32,000 nt of DNA from Zygophlyctis sp. KS116 (Eukaryota; Fungi; Chytridiomycota), in contig BAAFSQ010000019.1 of NCBI GenBank assembly GCA_054661495.1, positions 1-32,000 on the forward strand, in the 5' to 3' direction. The notes under the pieces are model-generated. The model was given only the letters and a program-made list of their open reading frames with translations. It searched no databases and had not been told where the DNA came from. Position numbers and translations under genes: made by a program. How positions within the stretch are numbered: the first letter of the stretch is position 1; every line of letters begins with the position of its first letter. Positions 1 through 10,590 of the stretch are shown piece after piece.

Positions 1-150
1 GTTCAAGTTTTTCATTGAGCGCTCCGTTTCCTGACTGTAAAATGCAACATTCCCGCTTATTAGTCCATGATTATGGCAGGTAGAGTTGACAGCAAAGCGA
101 TGCTGCTTAAGATGTCTCCTAGCTATCGGCAGTGCCAAATTGTCTGCCAT
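1..150 (-). CDS. Possible 5' end of a gene running off the window edge (unknown, weakly WD40-like)
   Basis: ATG at 150 opens 50 stop-free codons to the edge (MADNLALPIARRHLKQHRFAVNSTCHNHG...). LKQHRFAVNS loosely resembles a WD40 L-x-G-H start. Too short to be sure. Confidence 0.3.
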   Translation of the reverse strand, partial: MADNLALPIARRHLKQHRFAVNSTCHNHGLISGNVAFYSQETERSMKNLN

Positions 151-187
151 TTTATAATATCCTACAATCATTTAACAGAAAACTTTT

Positions 188-320
188 ATGTGCAATGGTA
201 GGCCTAGTATACGTAAAATGCTGTTAGTAAATTTTACTACACACTAACTAACTGTTAAAACACACTTGGAAAAATAACAGTTAGCAGTTGGTCAGTACAC
301 TAGGTAGGCCCAATGCATAT
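188..320. repeat. Imperfect nested inverted repeat (MITE-like hairpin)
   Basis: Outer arm atgtgcaatggtaggcctagtatac (188-212) aligns imperfectly to the reverse complement of 295-320 (atatgcattgggcctacctagtgtac). Inner perfect 10-bp arms are ctaactgtta (248-257) and taacagttag (275-284). Confidence 0.4.
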
Positions 321-696
321 TTTTACGACGGGAAATAAATTCAGATTATATAGATCTCAAGAACATTATAAATAAACATAAAAACGGATTTATTCCTATG
401 AGGCATTTGGATTTTTTTCAGGTGATCTTCCTCCATCTGAGTCCATAAAATATTCCTGACATGAGGATCAACTAGCATATGACCAACTTCGGAGTTAATG
501 GAGTAATTGAACCTGTTTTGTAATTGGGTTTATCACCCTCATTTCTTACAATAAGGACATTTCCTTTGCAAGCTGCCCCTGTAGGTGAACTTCCAAGTAC
601 ACCCCCTTTGACTGTAGAAGTCAGACCAAGTACGAAACAAAGTTCTGAGTACTATTGGTGTCACGTTTTCAGAGCGCGGCCATAAATTAATCTTTT

Positions 697-1110
697 TTAT
701 TCATGAATACTTTGTATAAATCCCGTTTGTTCATTCATGGGAGGCTTCAACTGATGCTTGAATTTTTTATAGCCTTTATTAGTAAGATAGCGATGAACCG
801 TTGAGGGTGATGGAATCACATCATAGCCAGGTAGCTCGGATTTCAGAAGTCCAGGAATTCTTCTGACACCAATTTTAGGTTGATTAGTAACTATTTTAGT
901 AATTTGAAGTCCCATATATGCATCAATCATATTTTTTCGAGATTTTTCTTTGGGTGGCAAGCCAACGTTCTTGAGGAAATCCGAGTACCATGACCTTATG
1001 GTTGAACTTTTTCTACCTAGGACACCAGCAATAGTTGCTGGTTTGTATCCTTTTTCATAGCTGTCAACAATTTGGGCCTTTTCAAAATCAGTAAGCAAAT
1101 TTCTTGGCAT
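697..1110 (-). mobile_element. Truncated Tc1/mariner (IS630-Tc1) transposase, N-terminal bipartite HTH region
   Basis: MPRNLLTDFEKAQIV...ATIAGVLGRKSSTI (HTH1), then PSPSTVHRYLTNKGY...LKPPMNE (HTH2 plus KP linker). It is intronless and stops before the DDE domain. Shifted frames downstream give KRLIYGRAL and RTWSD, resembling Tc1 RL.FA and WSDE. Confidence 0.7.
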
Positions 1111-1758
1111 TGAACGTCAGAAGATGAGGAAATTCCCGGACATTTTGTATCGCCGCCATTTTCGCCTTTTTGTTCTACGGTTGAGTCTTGGTTGTTGTCC
1201 GATTTGTGATTTTTGTCTTTTGTGGCAGCTTGATAAGTGCTGATCATGTGTTCTGCAGTATTAAATCTCTCAAGATGCTGAATTTCTGTTGATTTGTTCG
1301 GTAATATATTCGTACGTTAAGAAGCAGCATAATCTAATATAGCACAGATCTGTCGAGTAAATTTGGAGAAATGATACCTTTTTTTTCTTTAATTGCTTTG
1401 GTAGATCAACAGCCAGACTTCTCTTTCTGGGAGAATCGAATGATTTCATATTTGTGCGATGTCTCCTTTTAAGATTTTACTATCGTTTACCTTTGAAACT
1501 GACAATAAGATGCGATCAATGAGAGCTATTTATTACTACCAGCCTTACTTATTACTTCCTTGTTGAAATATATATCAGTTGATACTACTTTCATGGAAAC
1601 AATTTTCATTTAAAAATATAAATTAGCGCATCATTCCTTAAATCACTCTGGAAAGAATGGAAAAATCAATTACTTGGTTTCTGCGGGTAAGAAAATCAGC
1701 CCGAAAATTAATTATTGAGCAGCGTTTTATTCAGAAAACAGACACAAGCATGTATATT

Positions 1759-4171
1759 TCACAGTTCGTCGTGAGTATTTTCGCCTATAGGAACATCATT
1801 CTCGTTTTCATTCAAATCGCCCTTCAATGTATTCCCAGCATCATCGCTAGAATCATGTTTTTTGATTTTAAGATGCTCTTCGAAAATATCATCGACAGTG
1901 TCTCCCACTGTCTCTTTTACATCTTCTGTAGTGGTTTCCTTCTCACTTCCATCAGCATATCCTGCATTATAATCTTCATCTAAAACTGTTTCAATTCCAA
2001 GACTTTTTTTGATTACAGTTTGAATCTTGAGACTAAACTTTTTGAGATTTCTGACAGAGAAACCAGACGCGATCACTGTAGATTCAAATAATACATGGAT
2101 AGTATCTTCTAAGACTTCAGAGTTATCTTCAGCCTTGTTTAACAATTCCAAAATAATCGGATGATTAGGATTAATTTCAAGAGTATACTTTTGACGCATA
2201 TAAAAATCAAACAGTGGATTGCTTTTAGCTGCATGCTGAGACTTCAAAATCTTTTCAGAAGCAGCATCGAGTGCCTGCCCAGAGGCAATCACTGCACACG
2301 GAGAAGAAGAAAGCTGACGAGACACTTTTGCATCACTAATGTATACACTTAATGTACGCTTTAGGCGCTTCAGTAAAGGTTCAAATTTCTTTTTTAACTC
2401 TTTATAGCTTTCCTTGTCTAAAATCAAAATCAAGCAAAATTTACCTTCATCTCCAAGTTTTACTCCACTTTTTGCAATATTTTGCAAGGTGATTTCTTCA
2501 TATCTCTTCAGCATTTCACCTTGAGCCAAATAAGGGTCCAGAGGATCCGTCATATAGAGGACTTCATACCCTTTTGCAAGAATATTCTCCAAATAGGGTA
2601 AATTCTCAATGTCTTTAACGCTTTCCCCGAGAACATAATATATCTGAGGTTGGTCTTTCTTCATTCCTTTAACGTAATCACTTAGAGAAATTAATTTTCC
2701 ACTCTTTGAAGATTGGAACCGTCTAAACATGTTAACATTGCAAAATTACAGGAATGAAATCAACTTTTCATTAACCTTAGAAGACATCTTATTTTCCAAG
2801 AGTCCAGCTTTAATATTTTTCGCAAATTCTTTGTAAAATTTCAAATATTTCTCGTCATCATCCATGAGCCCCTTTATAACATCCAAAATTTTAGCTAGAA
2901 TTTTTTTTTTGATTATTTTCATTTGAGCATTATTCTGCAATGTTTCACGAGATACGTTTAAAGGCAAATCATCAGAATCAATAACACCCTATCCATTAAA
3001 TCCTTTAAATTACCGTTATAAAACTTAAAAATCTTGGTAATAAATCTGTCAAATCATCAGTGATAAACACCCTTCGAACAAAAATCTTTATATTCTTGGC
3101 CGTTCCTGACACAAAAGCCTTCATATCTTCTTGAGAGACTGATGGGATATATAAAAGAGAAGAAAATTCCACATCTCCTTCAGCCCTAAAATGCGAATAC
3201 GCAATTGGATCTTCTTTATCCTTTGAAAACATTTTATAAAAGTCATTATATTCCTCTACAGTCACATCTCCTGGTTTCCTTATCCAAATAGGTTTTTGCT
3301 TATTAACTAAATCCCAATTAAAGACTTTTTTTTCAACGGTTTTTTTCACATCTTCATCCTTTTCCTCGGTTACATCTTCAACATCAGCCTCTTCCTTTTC
3401 AGTCTCTTCCTTTTCAGCCTCTTCCTTTTCAGCTTGCTTATTTTCAACTGTAATAGTACTAGAATCCCATAAATAAATTGGGAATTGAATATACTGACTA
3501 TGAACCTGTATTAAATCTCTTAATTTTTTAGAATCAAGAAATTCTAGAGCATCATCTTTCAAAAACAAGAGAATTTGAGTTCCTCTACCTAGAAGATTAC
3601 CATTTGGATCTGGAGTAATTGTAAAATCTATTATTATAAAGATATCAAATTTACCATTTTGATTTCTTGATTCCCAAATCCATTGTTGTTCATCTTGATT
3701 ACTCTTTGAAATAACTTGAACACGATCAGCAATTAAGAAGACAGAATAAAAACCAACACCAAATTTCCCAATTAAATTTGAAACATTTTCGTTTCCTCCT
3801 TCTAATCGTGACATAAAATCTGCCGTTCCTGATTTAGCAATTGTTCCTAAATTATTTTTTAAATCATCTCTAGTCATTCCTATCCCAGAGTCTGTAATTG
3901 TAATAATTTTAAATTTATGATCCACTGAAATCGTAATATTAAGATCCTTATTAGCGCCTAAAGCTTCAGGATCAGATAGACTCATAAATCTTATTTTATC
4001 TAGAGCGTCAGAAGCGTTAGAAATCAATTCTCTTAAAAAAACATCCCGTGACTTGTACAATGAATTAATAAGTATATTCATCAGTTTATTGACCGAGGCG
4101 TCAAAGGCGAATCGTTCTTCCGAAGCATAAACGGCTGTAAGCAAGAGTAGCACAAGACTGTATATTCTCAT
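1759..4171 (-). CDS. HSP90B1: Endoplasmin / GRP94 (ER Hsp90)
   Basis: Signal peptide MRIYSLVLLLLTAVYA, FLRELISNASDALDKIR, NNLGTIAKSGT, GKFGVGFYS, C-terminal HDEL. Introns at 3628-3654 (27 nt), 2989-3013 (25), 2723-2749 (27) and 2418-2444 (27). Splicing restores FITGVIDSDDLPLNVSRETLQ and FLRFQSS. Confidence 0.96.
3384..3433. repeat. 15-nt coding tandem repeat (about 3.3 copies) in the GRP94 charged linker
   Basis: tcagcctcttccttt / tcagtctcttccttt / tcagcctcttccttt, encoding AEKEE/TEKEE units. Confidence 0.85.
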
Positions 4172-4481
4172 TCCAGAAGTTTCCTATGGGAGTAGGCCGC
4201 AAGCGTAGGCATATCATGGTCTGATGTGGCTTTAGTCTATATTATTGACAATTTACAATGGATTAAACCGCTTAACTCTTGTGAATCACGACCAAATCAT
4301 TCGGACGGACGGCCACTCAGTTCTGACGGTCGGCAATGGACAATGCATTAAGAGTAATGGAATATCTACAGGACATCTTTATCATTACAAATAGAATAGC
4401 ATGTAATTACAGGGATAAATCCTCACAAAAGATGAGATCACTCAAACGTCATTCGCTGCAACGTAATTTCCCGGAAAGGAA

Positions 4482-6058
4482 ATGAAAGAGTAAGCAGTAA
4501 ACTTGTTTAAATTATAGATCGGCAACTGTTATAAATGCATTGGATCTAAAACAGATTTATCAGGCGATTGATGGAAAAGATATGCAGTCGCAAGTTGGTT
4601 CATACTTGCTGGAAGATGTACTAAGAAATTTATAAATATTAGAAAAAAATTAGACAATTGGCATCAAAAGAAAGAGTCAAGAATTGGGATAATACTGTTT
4701 CCGGACAATGTAGAAAAAGATTAGAAAGAAGAGCTCAAAAGTTGTTGCAAGAAGAAGAGCAAAGACGAGAATTGGATGAAATATTTGCAAAAGAAACTAA
4801 AATTAGAGATCAACAAATTATTGATAAAACTAAACAATTACAGTATGTTGGATCTGATTTGGTTAAAAATTTTCATTCTAGATTGGTTTTACTAGAAGTT
4901 TTACAAGAAAGAGATTTACAAATTGAAAGAAAAAAGAATAAGGGATCTTCAGACTCAAATTTAGATGTAATATACTCTAAAATGTCTTTGGAAAAATTAA
5001 AAAATGAATTACAAGAAGAAAAAATTCAAAAAGAATGTAAAAAGGCTGCAAAAGTGGAAATCGCAAAAGAACAATTACAGCAGTACAAGAAAAAACTTGA
5101 TTTAAAAAAAGCTGAAAGAGAATCTTTTCTACTTGAAGGTCAAAAAATTGCAGAGTTGGATCAAAATTATAAATCTTTACAAAAAGAACAAGACTCTAAA
5201 AAAAGAGAAAAGGCAGTGTCGCTTCGAAATGAACTAGATGATATGAAAAAACAAGTTATTCAAAGAAAAGAAGCCCAAAGAATTTCAGACTTGGAATATG
5301 AAGAAAAAATTAATGCCTGGAAAACTCGTAAAGATCTACAAAATCAGAAAAAGAAGGAGTTATCGGATAAATGGTTCAGCGAAGGGCTTAACCGTAGTTT
5401 AGCCTTGGGAGAAACTCAGCATTTAATATCTAGTAATGCAGATGCAAAACTTCATGAACAAATTACTCTTCGAGTTAAAGAACGAGACTCCAAAGCTTTA
5501 AAAGAGTCTGCTGAAGTTTTAACCAGAAAACAAAAACGTCAGGCTGAAATTAAACAATTTTATTCAGCGTATATGAAGAACAAGGACGAAAAAAAGGTTT
5601 TGAAAAAGGAAGCAGATAAGAAAGAATTGGAAGCTCATATTAAATTAAGAGATGATTATTTAGCACAAAAAGAAGCAGTCAAATCAGAAAAACTAAATTC
5701 AGGAAAAACTCTACAATCTTTCCACAAATCTCAAATTCTTTCAAACGAAGCTGCTAAATCTGCACGCTTTGAATCAGAAAAAGCGCAAGGGACTTACCAA
5801 TCTAAATTGGCCAATACAGAGACTGAAACACTAAAACACTATATGATTGCTGTGTCTAAAGAACCATGGGCAGCCTCTAACCCCCGACTCCTGGCATTTA
5901 TTAAAGACGAAGTCTCAGAAAAGCCTAGGGTTCCTCGACTTGCAGAAAAGTATAGGGTTGACACAACCTCTAGACTAGGCTTTGACACCAAGTATCAGGG
6001 TTGTGATTTCTTGAGAACCAATCCGATTGTAACTGGAAATGCTGTTTTATATAAATGA
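4482..6058 (+). CDS. CFAP210: Cilia- and flagella-associated protein 210 (CCDC173), TPH coiled-coil microtubule inner protein
   Basis: SKERVKNWDNT and QYVGSDLVKNFHSRLVLLEVLQERDLQIE resemble CFAP210/CCDC173 motifs, followed by a long E/K/R coiled coil. ATG 4482 joins in frame through introns 4490-4517 (28 nt) and 4618-4642 (25 nt). Confidence 0.8.
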
Positions 6059-6466
6059 TTTGAAGAGACTTGAGATTATAAAATCAAAGATATCTTTTGA
6101 CTACAAATTTAATTCCAATGTGACTGTACAATTGAAAAAATTTTCATTGAAATCAAGCATAATTTATTTATTAGAAAATGAATCTCTGGAACTAATATAT
6201 TCACCATCTGGAGTGTGTGAATCGAGGAATTTTGTAGAAATTTTGTCAAAATTAAGATATTCTCTTCAAAAGTCATTGGTGCTAAATGTATAAGTCTTAG
6301 GTTTAATATTTAGGGTTATTTATTTCTTGAAAATTTTACTGGTGCAGAACTGAAATATTATCCAATTGGAAAGAATATAATATTGGAGACAGAGTCTCTA
6401 GATCTTACAGAAGAAAAAGGTTATAATTCACTATATGATTTAGCAATTTCAGAATCATTAATTTGA
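6039..6466 (+). CDS. Hypothetical protein, about 133 aa, overlapping both neighbours
   Basis: ORF 6039-6287 plus a typical 26-nt intron (6288-6313, gtataag...ttaatatttag) continues in frame for 50 codons (GYLFLENFTGAELKYYP...SESLI*). No family recognised. Confidence 0.5.
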
Positions 6467-6741
6467 CCTTTAGATTTTTGATTAGAATTTACATAAATTT
6501 GCATTGCAAGTGCAGACAAACCAAAAGTCTGAGCTCCTAATCTAAGTCTTTGAGAAACTTGAAATCCTAGTTTATCATTTCTTAATAGATTTTTTAACAT
6601 TGACCCCATGGCTCCAATAGTAAATAGCAGTGCAATAGGTACAAATGGATTTTCATAGCATTTTCTCTTGAGTTTTTTCAAGAATGTTTCTTCCATTGCA
6701 GGATTTTGGTTGGCCACAAACGTAGACATAGACCAGGACAT
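6421..6741 (-). CDS. RCF1: HIG1-domain respiratory supercomplex factor (Rcf1/HIGD-like)
   Basis: KLKRKCYENPFVPI, a TM helix, the SQRLRLGAQ motif and a second TM helix. Intronless. Confidence 0.85.
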   Translation of the reverse strand: MSWSMSTFVANQNPAMEETFLKKLKRKCYENPFVPIALLFTIGAMGSMLKNLLRNDKLGFQVSQRLRLGAQTFGLSALAMQIYVNSNQKSKGQINDSEIAKSYSEL

Positions 6742-6753
6742 AGTAGAATTTGC

Positions 6754-6804
6754 GTGATTAATATTCTAGTGATTCAAGTGATTCAAGTGATTGTCACAGT
6801 GATT
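6754..6804. promoter_or_regulatory. Divergent promoter with five GTGATT copies
   Basis: GTGATT at 6754, 6769, 6778, 6787 and 6799, inside the 135-nt gap between the ATGs at 6741 (-) and 6877 (+). Confidence 0.5.
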
Positions 6805-6876
6805 TGATTGTAAATAATAAATTTAAATTGATTTCATGAGATTGAGTTGATTCTACAAAATAAATTCCCGATTGTG

Positions 6877-9800
6877 ATGCAGTCTGAGATTCTATCAAGA
6901 CTTAAATTGAATCAAGAGGAATTGTCCAGACTCAGATTAGCAAATGCAGAAAAGACAATTAGAAATCATGGTCTAGAAGAGTCGACAAGATCTAAAAGGA
7001 AAATTGACGATTTGCCATTGAATTTACCAATTGCAGATCATAATGATATTTATTTACAGTTTAATAGTCTTAAAAACGATTATCTAAAGACTGGGAAGAC
7101 ATCAAAAAGAGTCTTGGATGAATTTAAAAAATTAGAAAATCAAGTATTGCAGCTACAGGATCCAGAATTTAATACAAAAGATGGACTGGAGGAGGATGAT
7201 TTGGCAGAGATCAAACGGAAACATGCAAAAGAAATGCTGATTATAAAAAATCAAAAGGAATTGTTGCTACAAAAACTAGAAATTCAGAAATTAATCAAGT
7301 ATTTTTCTTATTATTCATCTAATAGAGAAATTGGGCCTGGAATAGATACAGCTTCAGGTGCATTTGGTTTTACAACTCTACCAGAAATTGGTGCTTCCAA
7401 TAATATAGTGGCTAATTTAAATCCAAATAATGCAGACGTTAAGTCAACACTCGTAAATACTGATACAAATTACACGCTTCCACTCACAAAGTCACTTCCG
7501 CAAATCAATAACAATGTAAAAAGAGATACTGAAATGGAATTTACTATTGAAAAGGGGCTATTTGGATTCATGTAATTTTTAGAATTTAAGAGATACAGAG
7601 ATTCAATCGTTGGACTCTCAAAAAGTTTAGACGATTATGATGTAAATTGTACTTTTGGGGTTTTTGAAGGTGCAGAGTCGAGGTAATTTAGAAAATTAAG
7701 TAGTAGAGGAGATTTAGAATTCATCTCTGATAAGAGGAATATAAATAGTTTAGCGGTTTTACAGAAATCTTTTAATTTAGATGTACTACCAATTAGGAAT
7801 TTTAGATTAATTTTGGAATTTAGAGCTCAAGATCCGAATTCTAGGAATGCACGGGACGTGATCTTGATTGGATGGACTTGTTTGGATTTATTTAATGAAA
7901 AATTTCAGCCAGATCTTGGAAAATGGTACTTTACTTTGCTAAATCAAGGTTGTTGCCATTATTTAGACCGCCATTGGATTTTAATATTTCTACAAATCAT
8001 TTATATTCTACAGGGCAAACTGTGTCTGGTGTAAATGTGGTTTTCTATTTAGTAGACAAACTAAAAAAGTTTTTTAAAGGGAATAAGGTGCCATTGGATG
8101 AAAAGATTGGGGCAGAATTGAAAAAGTATCCTTTTGCAGCGGTAGAACCAACCATTTAATTTTAGAAAGGATTAGAATTCTATGCAAATTCTGATAAGCC
8201 AAGGAAAAAGGGTGGACAAAAAAAGGAACAGATTATACAAAACGTAAAAACTGGCCAAAATATAGTTCAAAGCGCTATATCAATCAATAGAAATTTAAAA
8301 GATTTGGTCGCTGAACTTATCAATATTGAATTAAATTCGGATAAAAAGGCTAAAAAGGCTTGGAAAGCAGGAGACAATTCTAATATAAAGAACGCAGGGT
8401 ACTTTTTAAATCTTATATTTAGTGTCGGATTTCAAATCGAAGAGATTAGGAATTTACTTCCTACAGTGTCCTTACCAAAGATACGTTTTAAAGTTGCAGA
8501 AGTTTTTGAGGAAGTTGTGGAATTTGATCAAGAGCCTACCCATACTATTACCACGGAAGAAGCAGAGGTAATCATTCCCGAGACTTATATTTTAAGCCAG
8601 GAATTGATGATTCTTCATATGGATTTCCTTCTCAAGCATTTGTTGAGCTCCATGATCTTCCTTTAAGTCTGTTCAAGAAAGTATATATTGAAATCTTGGA
8701 CGTAATTATTTCCTTTAATCGACATAGGGAGCGGCTGTTGTTGCATCTGCGGAGATACCATTATGTAAAGAAGTTGGACAGTCAGTTGAACTTAATGAAG
8801 GAAATCACCGCCTAACTTTAGTCCGAAAGGCAAATTCAAACTTAGTTGGAAGTTCTGCAACTATTTCGATGAAGATTTATAATCCTATTAATGGCCGACC
8901 TGAGGAATTCAAGGTATCATTTTGTCTTTTCAATAGCTTTTAGTTTGCATCCAAAGTGGGAACGAAACCAATCCCTGAAGGCGCTTGGATATCGGTGGTT
9001 AATAATCCTCCATCAGGGCAAGAAAACCACTTCAGGCCAGGGGATGGAATTGCGATATATCTTGATGCTGCTCGATATTTGCCAGAAAATGTAGGACCCA
9101 CACGAGTTGTTTTTAGAATTTTTAATCAATCCAAGAAAGTTTCAAAGACAGATTATCAAACTAAGCTGGATCTAGAGGATTCTATCTGTAATCCAGAATA
9201 CGAGGTATGTTTTGATCAATTTGAACATGCAATAGTTTTCCACAATTTTTGAAAAATCTTATCTAGATTCAACGGCTTTTCTTGCTTTAAAAGTTTATAC
9301 GCTGCTGGAAGATAGAAGTAAAGCTCTTGTTGGATATGCTTCTATACCGCTGCTGATTCCTGACTCTGATAATAAAAAAGATAAAAGGTTTTTTGTAAAT
9401 GAAGGTGGTCATCAAATACCGCTGCTTCTAAGTTCTTCTCCAACAGAAAAAAGAAGGTAATTAAATTAATTAAAACAATTCATAGGATGCCTTGTTCATC
9501 ACTTTTAATGCGGCTGGTGCGTATCCCCGCAAACAAACTAAAAGGTAAGCTTTCTAAGAAATATATGACAAATTAGATACCGAGATTCTCAAAGTCCATT
9601 CAATTCCTAGATATTCAGATCGCATTTATGATTCGAGCTCGTGTGTTCCTAATATTTATGAAGAGCGACTCTTTTATTACGTATTCACTGAGAGAAAGGC
9701 GATTCAACTAAAAGACAAGCTCGCTGAAAAAGAAACAATTCAGACGGTATGTTTTGAACTTTCTAATTTTAGCTGTCGCGAAGGCTTCCTTCTAGCTTTG

Positions 9801-10554
9801 ATGAGGATTTACCACTTATAGATAGATCCTTTGTGGTAGCATATGATCCTAATGCAGGTTTTAGAATCAGCATAGATATTGCAATTAATTGTCCTTCTAA
9901 ATTCCCAACATTTGCCACATTATCTTTAATATCTAGTTTGGAGAGGAGTGATAGCGATTTGAAATTCATGCTGAAGCTTGATTATAATTCAAGCGTGAAT
10001 TCTCCAAAATGGTTAGATGGATACCAGGTATTTTTCTGAGATAATGAATTTAGTGGTATAGATGGAGTAAATTTGATCCGAACATGTTTGTTATCGTTCA
10101 GTTAGTTCAAATTGATGTTGCTAAAAATGTGCTGATTCCTGAAGGATGGACTGTGATCCCCATTTTTAAGAATGGAACAAATTATGTTTCTTTGGGAAAC
10201 TTTCAGTTTCCTGTAATGAAAGGTCAATGCCTTAAGCGGATGATTGCACGAATGAAGAAAAAGGGAGTAGAGGATGCATTGCTTGATCTCATAGAAAGTG
10301 AAGAAATACGCCTTAGCAAAGGGTGTCTTAATATACGGCTATGTGATGGCAGAAGAATGGAAGAGCTTCCAGTGGAAACCCCAGTGGAATTGAATGAAAT
10401 TTCGCAGATGCTGAACCTTAGGCTGGTTAACAACCTTCGCTCTTCATCAACGATCAGTTCTTTGATTCCCAAATCCAGTAACAGGTCAGAATTTGAAGCC
10501 AAAACTATCAAGATTTTAAATGAAGTAATTATAAGTAATTCTTATATTGTATAG
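6877..10554 (+). CDS. Large coiled-coil plus multiple C2-like domain protein, CCDC17-like, probably cilium-associated
   Basis: One continuous frame after removing 14 introns: 7299-7325, 7572-7598, 7683-7706, 7926-7948, 8142-8165, 8399-8422, 8568-8596, 8702-8727, 8914-8943, 9205-9235, 9457-9485, 9545-9576, 9747-9772, 10028-10053. C2-type motifs include IGWTCLDLF..GKWLLPLFRPP, GDGIAIYLDAARYLP, VNEGGHQIPL, YDPNAGFRISID and GWTVIPIF...GNFQFPV. The gene model is solid; the family call is tentative. Confidence 0.6.
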
Positions 10555-10590
10555 AATATTCGATCTATCAAGCAAGTATAATCACAAAAT

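Noticed and set aside
1017-1450. Short minus-strand ORFs upstream of the transposase (1017-1247 and one starting MKSFDSPRKR)
   Set aside because: No homology recognised, and a candidate 28-nt intron leads quickly to a stop.
4172-4481. Possible ncRNA or RFX X-box in the GRP94/CFAP210 gap
   Set aside because: No tRNA, snRNA or snoRNA hallmarks seen, and only partial X-box matches (gtttcctatggga, gcaac).
8031-8055. Intron-like gtaaatgtggttttctatttagtag in the CCDC17-like gene
   Set aside because: Removing 22 or 25 nt would break a frame that is already open and joins the next exon.
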